Assembly (NCBI GenBank): GCA_950097015.1
Contig: CATNEN010000038.1
Location: 7,006,001-7,070,000, forward strand
Direction: 5' to 3'
DNA: 64,000 nt
Origin: Macrostomum hystrix
Taxonomy: Eukaryota; Animalia; Platyhelminthes
In this document: positions 48,705 through 60,900 of the stretch, one piece after another
Layout of the letters: the number at the start of each line of letters is the position of its first letter
How positions within the stretch are numbered: the stretch's first letter is position 1
The notes under the pieces: generated by a model
What the model was told of the DNA's origin: nothing
Seen by the model: the letters and a program-made list of their open reading frames with translations, nothing else
Databases searched by the model: none
Translations under genes and position numbers: made by a program

Positions 48705-49976
48705 ATGTCCGTGTCCTCACAGCACAGCACGGATGCCCTGTCCCAGCTGTTGCACGAATTAGCAAGCGAAGAATCAGAGTGCCTTAATGAGCTCCTCGAT
48801 GCGTCTAACTGCAATGCCGGCGCAACTGCGGCAACAGTCTCAGAGCTCAGCAGCGACGCCGACATATTCGCCGTGACGCACAGCAGCCAGAGCAGCGGCT
48901 CGGTGGTGTTTCACCGCTGGAAGAGGCTGCCCGGCCTCACCACACTGGGCCAGCTTAATCCTCTGGCTGATGCGGCCCAGTACTCAACTGTGCTCATGCC
49001 CTGCTGCCGGCTTACCAACGCTGCGAGAAATATTCTTGACGGCATGGCCAGCAGGCGAGGACAGAAGGCCGACTCTGCGGCCTCTGGCGAGAGGTGAGAA
49101 AGGCGCCGAAGCCTTTAAGTTGTCCTACTCCAATTTGAGTTGTCCTACTCCAATTTGAGTTTTCCTACTCCAATTTGAGTTGTCCTACTCCAATTTGAGT
49201 TGTCCTACTCCAATTTGAGTTTTCCTACTCCAATTTGAGTTGTCCTACTCTAATTTGAGTTGTCCTACTCCTATTTGAGCTGTCCTACTCCAATTTGAGC
49301 TGTCCTACTCCAATTTGAGTTGTCCTTCTCCAATTTGAGCTGTCCTACTCCAATTTGAGCTGTCCTACTCCAATTTGAGTTGTCCTTCTCCAATTTGAGT
49401 TGTCCTACTCCAATTTAAGTTTTCGTACTCCAATTTGAGTTACCCTTCATTTAGAGTTCTACTCTGATTTCAATTTGATGGATTAGCCTGAAATGCTTTG
49501 CTTTAATTCACTTGCCTTGATCAGTACCTTAGAGTTCAGCTTATTGGATAAAATTAATTTGTTCCAGCGGCATCAGAAGCGGCCATGCTGCTCCAATACT
49601 CGATGCCAGCATTACAAACAACTTCGGCGGCAGCAGCAGCAGCAGCAGCCACAACAGCCCAGTGGAGATTTACCACACGCCTCCAGAGACGGGTTCCTTT
49701 GATCGTCAAAAACTGTCGCAGCAGTCTCAGCAGGCGGCGGGTCTCTCTTCCGTTGATGACACGATGCCAGAAGCAAAGCGACGTCGCACCCAGGATGACA
49801 GCTCGAAGGCAGAGGACCAGGAATCTGCAGCCAATCAGCTGCTTCAGTGGCTGCTCGCTCATCCAATCAGAGCTGGGCAGGAAGCGATAGAGGCAGACAA
49901 GGCGCTTGTTGAGCTGTGCAGAGCCGCCAAGTATGACATGGATGCTGATATAGACTTTGTGGCGCGTTTAAATTAA
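48705..49976 (+). CDS. Uncharacterised protein (about 265 aa); exons 48705-49093 and 49568-49976
   Basis: Acceptor CTAACAACAG 12 nt before the ATG. The phase-2 intron AG|GTGAGA...TTCCAG|C joins two GC-rich ORFs in frame. NLS-like PEAKRRR; AATAAA near 50014. Confidence 0.75.
49119..49441. repeat. 20-bp minisatellite (GTTGTCCTACTCCAATTTGA), intronic
   Basis: About 16 copies. Confidence 0.93.
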
Positions 49977-50175
49977 TTTCAAACGCGTACTAGCATTCTC
50001 TACACTTCATACTAATAAAAACAGCATTTAAATTCGCATTTTTGTTTGATAGCGGATGTTAAAGTCTATTTATATGTCCAACTATACTAGTACAAGTAGT
50101 TACTTATACAATTGCTTACAATTTGCTAATAAATTTGTAAAAACTGCTGCCTTATCTATTTCGCACAGATTAGTA

Positions 50176-51388
50176 ATGTGTTTTAATATTCGAAACTTTC
50201 GTTGGTTGCTAGGTAAGCTGGTGAGCTGGAGGAATTAAGGGGGCCATTAAGAGCTAGATAATAGGCCCATCTGCCGCATGCTGCAGGTCATCAGTGCGGC
50301 CGAAATGCAGCGCACCCGCTTCACTGTGTCCATCGAGGGCAACATCGGGTCTGGCAAGAGCACCCTGCTTCAGCACTTCAGCGCCTCGCCATTTGTTGCC
50401 GACATTCGCGAGCCGCTGGAGCAGTGGTGCAGCCTACGGGGCACCAACCCGCTGCGCCGGCTTTACGACGATCCGCAGCGGTGGTCCTTCTCCTTCAACC
50501 TCTACGCCATGCTAACCAGGCTGCGCATGCACCAGGCTGACACCGCCAAGCCGGTGCGTCTGCTAGAGCGCTCGCTGCACAGCACCCGCCACTGCTTTGT
50601 TGAAAGCGCCTACGCGGATAATAGCCTGTGCTCAGCTGAGTACGAAGTGCTTGTCAAGTACTACGAACACCTGCTGCAATACCGACCGAAGGACGTCCGG
50701 GTCGACCTCTATGTGTACCTTAGGGCGCCACCCCAGGTTTGCGGACCCAGTTAAATCAGTTACAATGAACCTCAGCTCTCCCCGATCCCCACACTGAACC
50801 TCAGCTCTCCCCGAACCCCAAACTGAACCTCAGCTCTCCCCGATCCCCACACTGAACCTCAGCTCTCCCCGATCCCCACACTGAACCTCAGCTCTCCCCG
50901 ATCCCCACACTGCACCTCAGCTCTCCCCGAACCCCAAACTGAACCTCAGCTCTCCCCGAACCCCAAACTGAACCTCAGCTCTCCCCGATCCCCACACTGC
51001 ACCTCAGCTCTCCCCGATCCCCAAACTGAACCTCCGCTCCCCGCCCTGTTGTCAGGTGTGCTACGATCGCATTGTGTCGCGCAGCCGCTCGGAGGAGAGC
51101 CACCTGCCGATGGCCCTGATTGAACGTCTGCACAATCTTCACGAGCGCTGGCTGACCAGTTCCGAGCTGGGCGCTCCAGTTATCATCCTTGACGCTGGTC
51201 GGGACCTGGCCACAATGCGCCGTGTCTGGGACGAGAAGCGTGACATGATCCTGTGCGGCTACACCGACGCCAGTCTTGTAGCCGGTCCGGTGTCTCCCAG
51301 CCTGAAACCAGCCGCTGTGGGCCAGCTTGCGGTTGATCAGCAGTGCAGAGAGGCCAAGAAAGATGCCAACATTCAGCTAGCTGCTTAA
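50176..51388 (+). CDS. Deoxynucleoside kinase (dNK/TK2 family); exons 50176-50220 (putative), 50287-50736, 51056-51388
   Basis: P-loop IEGNIGSGKST, EPLEQW, LYDDPQRWSFSF, LERSLHSTRHCF, VDLYVYLR, RIVSRSRSEE, LHNLHERWL. The start is uncertain (ATG at 50176, 50278 or 50305). Confidence 0.93.
50766..51043. repeat. 29-bp minisatellite (CTGAACCTCAGCTCTCCCCGATCCCCACA), dNK intron
   Basis: About 9.5 copies; the last unit grades into the polypyrimidine tract. Confidence 0.93.
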
Positions 51389-51537
51389 TTTAGCTCGCAT
51401 TTTATTCGCTAACATCAATTGACTTTTAACTTTTGTTATTGTAGTAAAATAGCTTAGTTGTGCTTTTTGTGGTCTTTTTTAGGGTTTCTATGGCAACCTC
51501 TAGCTAACCCACGGTCCAATATTCGCAACAACTAACA

Positions 51538-52048
51538 GCCCATCACCCCAATGCCCAATACCGTCACCCCATGCCCAATACCGTCACCCCAATGCCCAAT
51601 ACCGTCACCCAATGCCCAATACCGTCACCCCAATGCCCAATACCGTCACCCCAATGCCCAATACCGTCACCCCATGCCCAATACCGTCACCCCAATGCCC
51701 AATACCGTCACCCCAATGCCCAATACCGTCACCCCAATGCCCAATACCGTCACCCCAATGCCCAATACCGTCACCCAATGCCCAATACCGTCACCCCAAT
51801 GCCCAATACCGTCACCCCAATGCCCAATACCGTCACCCCAATGCCCAATACCGTCACCCCAATGCCCAATACCGTCACCCAATGCCCAATACCGTCACCC
51901 CAATGCCCAATACCGTCACCCCAATGCCCAATACCGTCACCCCAATGCCCAATACCGTCACCCCAATGCCCAATACCATCGCCCCAATGCCCAATACCGT
52001 CACCCAATGCCCAATACCATCGCCCCAATGCCCAATACCGTCACCCCT
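51538..52048. repeat. 20-21-bp minisatellite (CCCAATGCCCAATACCGTCAC)
   Basis: About 24 copies. Confidence 0.96.
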
Positions 52049-52679
52049 ACACACAAGCCCAATAATCAAGTGGGGTGAAAACCAGTAAAAATTGTAAATT
52101 GTTTTTAATTTAGCTTAATTCGTATTTAAATCATTTAAAAGTTTGCATTTGTAAATGACTTTATTTTTGTCGCCCTAATTTTTCCACGATAATCTGATGG
52201 TGCCTAGAAATTTAAACACAATTCTTGCGAGAGGTGCTCATTCAGTCATATAGCTTTCTCATTGTGGTGCGGCAACTTGTAAAAGTTTGGAAAGATCCTG
52301 CCTAATTGTCCACTTAGGCAATTAAAAAATTTCTATGTTATTTTTATTTAAGCGCTTTAACTCTTATGACAAGCCTATCTATTATACACATTCACAGCAC
52401 CAGCTTATGCGTCACGTTTTCTGTCATTCATTTGTCGTCAGTCACTTTAAACTGCAATTACCCTGAATTTTTTGTTTTATTTTTGTATTTTTCAGTTGTT
52501 GCAATAAATGCATCCTTAAGGGTGCTTTTGTCGGGAAAAATCGAAGTAACTTTGTACCAAATACTTTCTTGTTAAAATGTTTTATAACTTTGCTTTTATT
52601 TCTTTGAAAATCGAACGGCTTCATAAAACATCTAGCCTAGATCAGATCTTCACACAATCTAAAGCGTGATAAACACACC

Positions 52680-54328
52680 ACCCCATTTCTAGCCTTCACC
52701 CATCTCCCCATTTCTTGCCTTCACCTATCTTCCCATTTCTAGCCTTCACCCATCTCCCCATTTCTTGCCTTCACCTATCTTCCCATTTCTAGCCTTCACC
52801 CATCTCCCCATTTCTTGCCTTCACCCATCTCCCCATTTCTTGCCTTCACCTATCTTCCCATTTCTAGCCTTCACCCATCTCCCCATTTCTTGCCTTCACC
52901 CATCTCCCCATTTCTAGCCTTTACCCATCTCCCCATTTCTTGCCTTCACCCATCTCCCTATTTCTTGCCTTCACCTATCTTCCCATTTCTAGCCTTCACC
53001 CATCTCCCCATTTCTTGCCTTCACCCATCTCCCCATTTCTTGCCTTCACCTATCTTCCCATTTCTAGCCTTCACCCATCTCCCCATTTCTTGCCTTCACC
53101 CATCTCCCCATTTCTAGCCTTCACCCATCTCCCCATTTCTTGCCTTCACCCATCTCCCCATTTCTAGCCTTCACCCATCTTCCCATTTCTTGCCTTCACC
53201 CATCTCCCCATTTCTTGCCTTCACCCATCTCCCCATTTCTTGCCTTCACCCATCTCCCAATTTCTAGCTCTCACCCATCTCCCCATTTCTTGCCTTCACC
53301 CATCTCCCCATTTCTTGCCTTCACCCATCTCCCCATTTCTTGCCTTCACCCATCTCCCCATTTCTTGCCTTCACCCATCTCCCCATTTCTTGCCTTCACC
53401 CATCTCCCCATTTCTAGCCTTCACCCATCTCCCCATTTCTAGCCTTCACCCATCTCCCCATTTCTTGCCTTCACCCATCTCCCCATTTCTTGCCTTCACC
53501 CATCTCCCCATTTCTTGCCTTCACCCATCTCCCCATTTCTAGCTCTCACCCATCTCCCCATTTCTTGCCTTCACCCATCTCCCCATTTCTAGCTCTCACC
53601 CATCTCCCCATTTCTAGCCTTCACCCATCTCCCCATTTCTAGCCTTCACCCATCTCCCCATTTCTTGCCTTCACCCATCTCCCCATTTCTAGACTTCACC
53701 CATCTCCCCATTTCTTGCCTTCACCCATCTCCCCATTTCTTGCCTTCACCCATCTCCCAATTTCTAGCTCTCACCCATCTCCCCATTTCTTGCCTTCACC
53801 CATCTCCCCATTTCTTGCCTTCACCCATCTCCCCATTTCTAGCCTTCACCCATCTCCCCATTTCTAGCCTTCACCCATCTCCCCATTTCTTGCCTTCACC
53901 CATCTCCCCATTTCTTGCCTTCACCCATCTCCCCATTTCTTGCCTTCACCCATCTCCCCATTTCTAGACTTCACCCATCTCCCCATTTCTAGCTCTCACC
54001 CATCTCCCCATTTCTAGCCTTCACCCATCTCCCCATTTCTTGCCTTCACCCATCTCCACATTTCTTGCCTTCACCCATCTCCACATTTCTAGACTTCACC
54101 CATCTCCCCATTTCTAGACTTCACCCATCTCCCCATTTCTAGACTTCACCCATCTCCCCATTTCTAGCCTTCACCCATCTCCCCATTTCTAGCTCTCACC
54201 TATCTCCCCATTTCTAGCTCTCACCCATCTCCCCATTTCTAGCTCTCACCCACCACCCTACTTCTAGCCTTCACCCATCTCCCCATTTCTTGCTCTCACC
54301 CACCACCCTACTTCTAGACTTCACCCAC
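52680..54328. repeat. 25-bp minisatellite (TCACCCATCTCCCCATTTCT[T/A]GCCT), about 65 copies
   Basis: Direct tandem repeat. Confidence 0.97.
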
Positions 54329-54969
54329 TTATTTTCCATCTAACGCAAACGCCTGAACTCCATTATGCTATTTATAATAATTTAGTATACCGTTTTGTTA
54401 ATTCAGTTTGTAAGAATATCATTTAACTCAGATGCATAAAAACTTGGCTTAACTTTTAGGTAGCGCATACTATTTGAACTCTGTTAAGAAGTAGCTTTAA
54501 TTATTCGCATTTATTATTTTAGACTTGCTATAACTAGAAACTAATTATTTAAATAATATTGACTGCAAAGTTACATAATACATCTGAGAAAGGAAATAGT
54601 GCAACTCATTTAAGCAATCAGAAAAAAACCTTACTACTCTAATCGAAATACCAGAATATAAGAACTATACACTAGATTTCTTGGATTAAAAAGGATATAA
54701 AAGAATACTCGCTTTCTAGGCTTTGAAGCTATAAAACTCGTTTTCGCACTGAAGGAAGCGCTAGAAGCTCTTACGCCACCAAGGCGTTCAGCTGGCAGCG
54801 TTCAGCTTGATTGCTGAGCAATGAAATAGAGCACGTATAATGATTGTTAAAATTAGCTAGTATACAAACTATAGTTTAAATCTCTGGAGTACTCTAGTTG
54901 GTGAGCAGTTTACTTCGAGTCTAGGTAAAAAAGCTTGGCTGGTTATGCGCAGGTTAGGCGCAGGCACTT

Positions 54970-57900
54970 TCACTGCTCCTGCCCGATCAGTCCGTCCACC
55001 GCGTCCCTGCCCTGGCTCATGGTCTCCTTTTCAAAGTCCCTGAGCCGCAGCGGGTCGTGACTCTCTGCCTGACTCATCATGGCCCTACAGAGAGGACATC
55101 GAGTGACAATGAACGGTTTAAGGTATCTTTCGGGGCGCTTATTTGTACTCGTATAGGCCTAAGCTGTCAAGGCTTACAATGCACAACTGATGTTTGATTG
55201 ACAAAATTGGTTTTTGCTGAGTAAATAAGCGCTTGTTGAAGGTCCATGTTTGTTGGTTGCTTGTGTCGATCTGCTTACAAGTATCGAGTATATACGCTCT
55301 CAAACAAAAAACTACATATGTTCTTTCCTGAGAAGTCATGACATGGTTTTGTTCTCAATAAAGAACACTTGTCTACACTTAAACCCTAGCTGCATTTTAG
55401 AACCCAATAGAAATAAAAAGTTGGACAATGTACACTGCGTAATTACGAGTAGATTAACAGTTCTACCAATTTACACAGTTTACACAACCAAATGATTTTC
55501 ATCATGATTCTAAACACAATGCTTGGTGCTAAAACTTGTACGCGCAAAATATAGTTAAGTGGCTGTGGCGCAAATTACCAAAATACTACTTTCTAGGCAA
55601 TAGGCAAAACTTGGACGGTTTGTTTAGACGCAGATTTTAAGATAGCTGTCTGCGCCATTCAGATCAGCTGCCTCTGCAACTCACTGGTGACTGGTGATCC
55701 ACGGGTTGCCCGTGTGCGGCTGCAGCACTTCACCGTCCAGGCTGAAGGCTGGCGAGTCGAAGTAGGCCTGTCCGGGACTGCGGGGCCGCTGCATAGAGCC
55801 CTGCTGGTTGCCGCTGTTTAGGCCTGACAGCTCTAGCGGGTTTTCTTCAGGATAGAACCGAATGGGCGGCTTGATGAGCTCGAGCTGGTGCTTGAAAGTC
55901 GTTGGAAAAGTAAAATTCAAAGGTTTGTTTCATCCCGGATCAGTTCTTGTATCAGCACTTCCTGATATACTGTTATGTAAGAAAATGGTATTGCTGAGAC
56001 TTACATGGCGGTACCACCAGACTGTTCCTAGGGCTGCGGCAATTATTAGGACTCCCAGTACACAGATTAACGCTATCGCATAAGGCGGGAACACATAGGG
56101 GGCCTCCGAGCTGGTCTGGGTAGAGACAGTGGCTGCAGTGGAAGCGGATAACTGCGGCACTGGACCAATGGTGAGGTTCACCACACTGAAGCCGTAGCCC
56201 GGAATGATAGTACGTAGCTGCTCCTCGAGAAATGCATCCGCGTAGAATGAGTCGTTGCGCACAGTCAGCTTCGCTGTTAGTTTTGTGCCCTTGGACTCTG
56301 GACTGAACGAGATGTCAAAGAAGTCTCCAATGATTGACGTGAGATTGGATCCTTTTCTTACAGCGTCCATTAACAGATAATAAGACTCTCTAGCCAGTGA
56401 CAAGTAGTCAGACGTATTGCTGTCTCCCAGCGAGGTATTGAACTGCTTTAGCGGGTAATCCCAGGTGATCTGGACGTTCCGCGAACTGGTAAACACTGGG
56501 TCCTGACCCACCGGACACCCGCAGTCGGTGGGAACTTCGCGCCGCGATCGCGACAGCTCCAAGAAAAAACTGTCGGCAGTGTCGTACCGATCAACGCTGC
56601 GCCGCCTGCGAGAAGCCGAGCAGTTGTAGACAGAAAAATTCCCCGTTATGCTGACCCTGAACGAATAGGGCCTACTATAAGTCGAGGCATTTTGCGGCAG
56701 AAAAACGATGTAGCGGAAATTTCCAAAACCCTCAAAGTTCGAACGTTCACTGCAAGCTGTTGAGTTGTTTAGATCAGTTGGGAAAAATATTCTTTGCGTC
56801 AACGCACTGTCTCCTTCAAGACTGACGGCTGCAGCCGCAGTAAATTTGATCAGATTGCAGTTGTCGCATGCAGTGGAGACGCAGATCTAGAGTTGTGTGT
56901 TGGAAATGTTATTTGCTGTAATGCGTCTCTATAGCAGTTAAAAAAGCAAATGATCTGATTTAACAAAGACTAGCTGTTGGTGCTTATGACCGTTTTAAGT
57001 ATAAAAATTGATGTGCTGTAGACTGCTGAGCAGCCTCCAGGCAATCTGTGAGTCAGGCTGTTCTAGGTCTGTGGGAGGGCTAGGGTTGGTAGTTAGTGTT
57101 TCCCGTGCACTGTCACTTCCGCTCGCCACCCCCCCTCCTCTCTCGTTCTCTCGTTCCAGCTGTCTGCGCACTGAGTCACATTGCACACCATGGTGCAATC
57201 GCTTAAGTTCGGAAGAAGACTGGCATAACAACGCTCAAATGCTCCTACTATAAGTAGAGCACAGTCCGACGAATCCTTGAGATGGTGTTAGTACCGCGGT
57301 AGCACAACTTCTGTACGAATATGGCACGTTTCTGTCCTCCAGTCTTCATGCGTTTCACATCGATTGTGTTCTCTTGCAATCTTTGTATCTTGTCTGCTAA
57401 CATTATTGTGAAGCAAGGCCGTGTGTTGCATTTAGAAGCATAGCACATCGCCAGGCTTCAGAGCAGGGAACCAAAGTAGCAGGAATTACTGCTAGAGCCT
57501 AAATAGCGACCAAGGAAATTAGGTAATCTAGCCTGACTACCGGGTTGCTCCACTTCTACGAGGCATTCAGTGTTGAGGCCGGTATAAACTCTCTCTCTCG
57601 AAATCTAGTTCCTGTCTTGGTTATTTTTACCAATTGTGTGTGCCACGCTACCACAGGTACAACAAAATAAAAATCTTATCCAAATACAATTTACAATCCA
57701 AATTCCAATTACAAAACAATCGAAAATCACCTCTTCAATGTAAGGCATCGATCGACAGATAGACCCGGATGGTCCAACTAGTAAGTCGAAAACGATCCTT
57801 TTTTCAGACGAGGTTGTGGTTGGAACACTAAATTGGTTTGTCGAAGCGTTGTATGTATATAGATCAGTTGAGTTGACGAATGCGCCGCTAGTAAACACCA

Positions 57901-60900
57901 TGCTCAGCAGGGATCCATTTGTAATTGAAATGTATCCTAAAAGTTAATGCGAATGCACTTTCTTTGTTTACAACCAGCTTGGAATTTGTACTACGAAATT
58001 ACTACTCGTACTTTCAGTTACTTACTACTTGGTGACACTGTCGTAAAGGCAGGGGAAGTGTACTGCGTTGTGACCAATGAGCTGCTATGACTTGTCAACA
58101 CACGTGTAGTGGACGAAGAAGTTATTTGCGGCGTGGCTGTGGTCGCTGCATGTGTTGATGAAACGACTGTCGGTGTAGGTGTAGCAGGTTGTGTTGTAAC
58201 AATAGGAGCGGCTGTGGTTGCTGCTGGAGTTGATGAAACGACTGTCGGTGTAGGTGTCGCAGGTTGTGTTGTAACAATAGGAGCGGCTGTGGTTGCTGCT
58301 GGAGTTGATGGAACGACTGTCGGTGTAGGTGTCGCAGGTTGTGTTGTAACAATAGGAGCGGCTGTGGTTGCTGCTGGAGTTGATGGAACGACTGTCGGTG
58401 TAGGTGTCGCAGGTTGTGTTGTAACAATAGGAGCGGCTACTGTCGGTGTAGGTGTCGCAGGTTGTGTTGTTACGTCAGGAGCTGCAGTGGTCGCTGCTGG
58501 AGTTGATGAAACGACTGTCGGTGTAGGTGTCGCAGGTTGTGTTGTAACAATAGGAGCGGCTGTGGTTGCTGCTGGAGTTGATGGAACGACTGTCGGTGTA
58601 GGTGTCGCAGGTTGTGTTGTAACAATAGGAGCGGCTGTGGTTGCTGCTGGAGTTGATGGAACGACTGTCGGTGTAGGTGTCGCAGGTTGTGTTGTAACAA
58701 TAGGAGCGGCTGTGGTTGCTGCTGGAGTTGATGGAACGACTGTCGGTGTAGGTGTCGCAGGTTGTGTTGTAACAATAGGAGCGGCTACTGTCGGTGTAGG
58801 TGTCGCAGGTTGTGTTGTTACGTCAGGAGCTGCAGTGGTCGCTGCTGGAGTTGATGAAACGACTGTCGGTGTAGGTGTCGCAGGTTGTGTTGTAACAATA
58901 GGAGCGGCTGTGGTTGCTGCTGGAGTTGATGGAACGACTGTCGGTGTAGGTGTCGCAGGTTGTGTTGTAACAATAGGAGCGGCTACTGTCGGTGTAGGTG
59001 TCGCAGGTTGTGTTGTTACGTCAGGAGCTGCAGTGGTCGCTGCTGGAGTTGATGAAACGACTGTCGGTGTAGGTGTCGCAGGTTGTGTTGTAACAATAGG
59101 AGCGGCTGTGGTTGCTGCTGGAGTTGATGGAACGACTGTCGGTGTAGGTGTCGCAGGTTGTGTTGTAACAATAGGAGCGGCAGTGGTTGCTGCTGGAGTT
59201 GATGGAACGACTGTCGGTGTAGGTGTCGCAGGTTGTGTTGTTACGTCAGGAGCGGCAGTGGTCGCTGCTGGAGTTGATGGAACGACTGTCGGTGTAGGTG
59301 TCGCAGGTTGTGTTGTTACGTCAGGAGCGGCAGTGGTCGCTGCTGGAGTTGATGGAACGACTGTCGGTGTAGGTGTCGCAGGTTGTGTTGTTACGTCAGG
59401 AGCGGCTGTGGTCACTGACATGGAAGTTATTGTGGAAAGGACAGTTCGGATAAAATTCATAAAATCAAGACAGTAGAGCAGTTTCTTAAGTTCCAGACTT
59501 ACCAGTTCCGCCATTGAGTCCAGTAGCTGTACTACCTGGCGCAGTTGGTCCAGCAGTGGTTAACGTCGCAGTACCTGCAGTTCCAGCAGTTGTCGACAAG
59601 GCAGTGCCTGCAGTTCCAGCAGTTGTCGTCCGGGCAGTGCCAACAGTGCCATCAGTGGTTGGTCCAGCAGTGCCTGCCGTTCCTTCAGTGGTTGGTCCTG
59701 CAGTGCCTGCAATTCCAGAAGTGGTTGGTCCGGCAGTGCCTCCAGTGCCAGCAGTTCCAGAAGTGGTTGGCCCCGCTGGGCCTGCAGTTCCAGCAGTTGT
59801 TGGTCCTGCAGTGCCTTCGGTGGCCACAGTTCTAGAAGTGGTTGGTCCTGGAGTGCCTCCAGTGCCCACAGTTCCAGCAGTGGTTGGTCCTGCAGTGCCT
59901 CCAGTGCCCGCAGTGGTTGGTCCTACAGTGCTTCCGGTGCCTGTAGTTCCAGAACTGGTTGGTCCTGCAGTGCTTACAGTTCCAGCAGTTGTTGGTCCTG
60001 CAGTGCCTTCAGTTCCAGCAGTGGTCGGTCCTTCAGTTAGTCCGGCAGTGCCACCAGTGCCATCAGTGGTTGGTCCAGCAGTGCCTGCCGTTCCTGCAGT
60101 GGTTGGTCCTGCAGTGCCTGCAATTCCAGAAGTGGTTGGTCCGGCAGTGCCTCCAGTGCCAGCAGTTCCAGAAGTGGTTGGCCCCGCTGGGCCTGCAGTT
60201 CCAGCAGTTGTTGGTCCTGCAGTGCCTTCGGTGGCCACAGTTCCAGCAGTGGTTGGTCCTGCAGTGCCTCCAGTGCCCGCAGTGGTTGGTCCTACAGTGC
60301 CTCCAGTGCCCGAAGTTCCAGCACTGGTTGGTCCTGCAGTGCTTACAGTTCCAGCAGTGGTCGATCCTTCAGTGCCTCCGGTGCCTGCAGTTCCAGCAGT
60401 GGTTGGTCCCGCAGTGCCTGCAGTTCCAGCAGTGGTTGGTCCCGCAGTGCCTGCAGCTCCAGCAGTGGTTGGTCCTACGGTGCCTACAGTGCCTGCAGTT
60501 CCAGCTGTTTTTGGTCCGGCAGTGCTTACAGTTCCAGCAGTTGTTGGTCCTGCAGTGCCTTCAGTTCCAGCAGTGGTCGGTCCTTCAGTTAGTCCGGCAG
60601 TGCCACCAGTGCCATCAGTGGTTGGTCCAGCAGTGCCTGCCGTTCCTGCAGTGGTTGGTCCTGCAGTGCCTGCAATTCCAGAAGTGGTTGGTCCGGCAGT
60701 GCCTCCAGTGCCAGCAGTTCCAGAAGTGGTTGGCCCCGCTGGGCCTGCAGTTCCAGCAGTTGTTGGTCCTGCAGTGCCTTCGGTGGCCACAGTTCCAGCA
60801 GTGGTTGGTCCTGCAGTGCCTCCAGTGCCCGCAGTGGTTGGTCCTACAGTGCCTCCAGTGCCCGAAGTTCCAGCACTGGTTGGTCCTGCAGTGCTTACAG

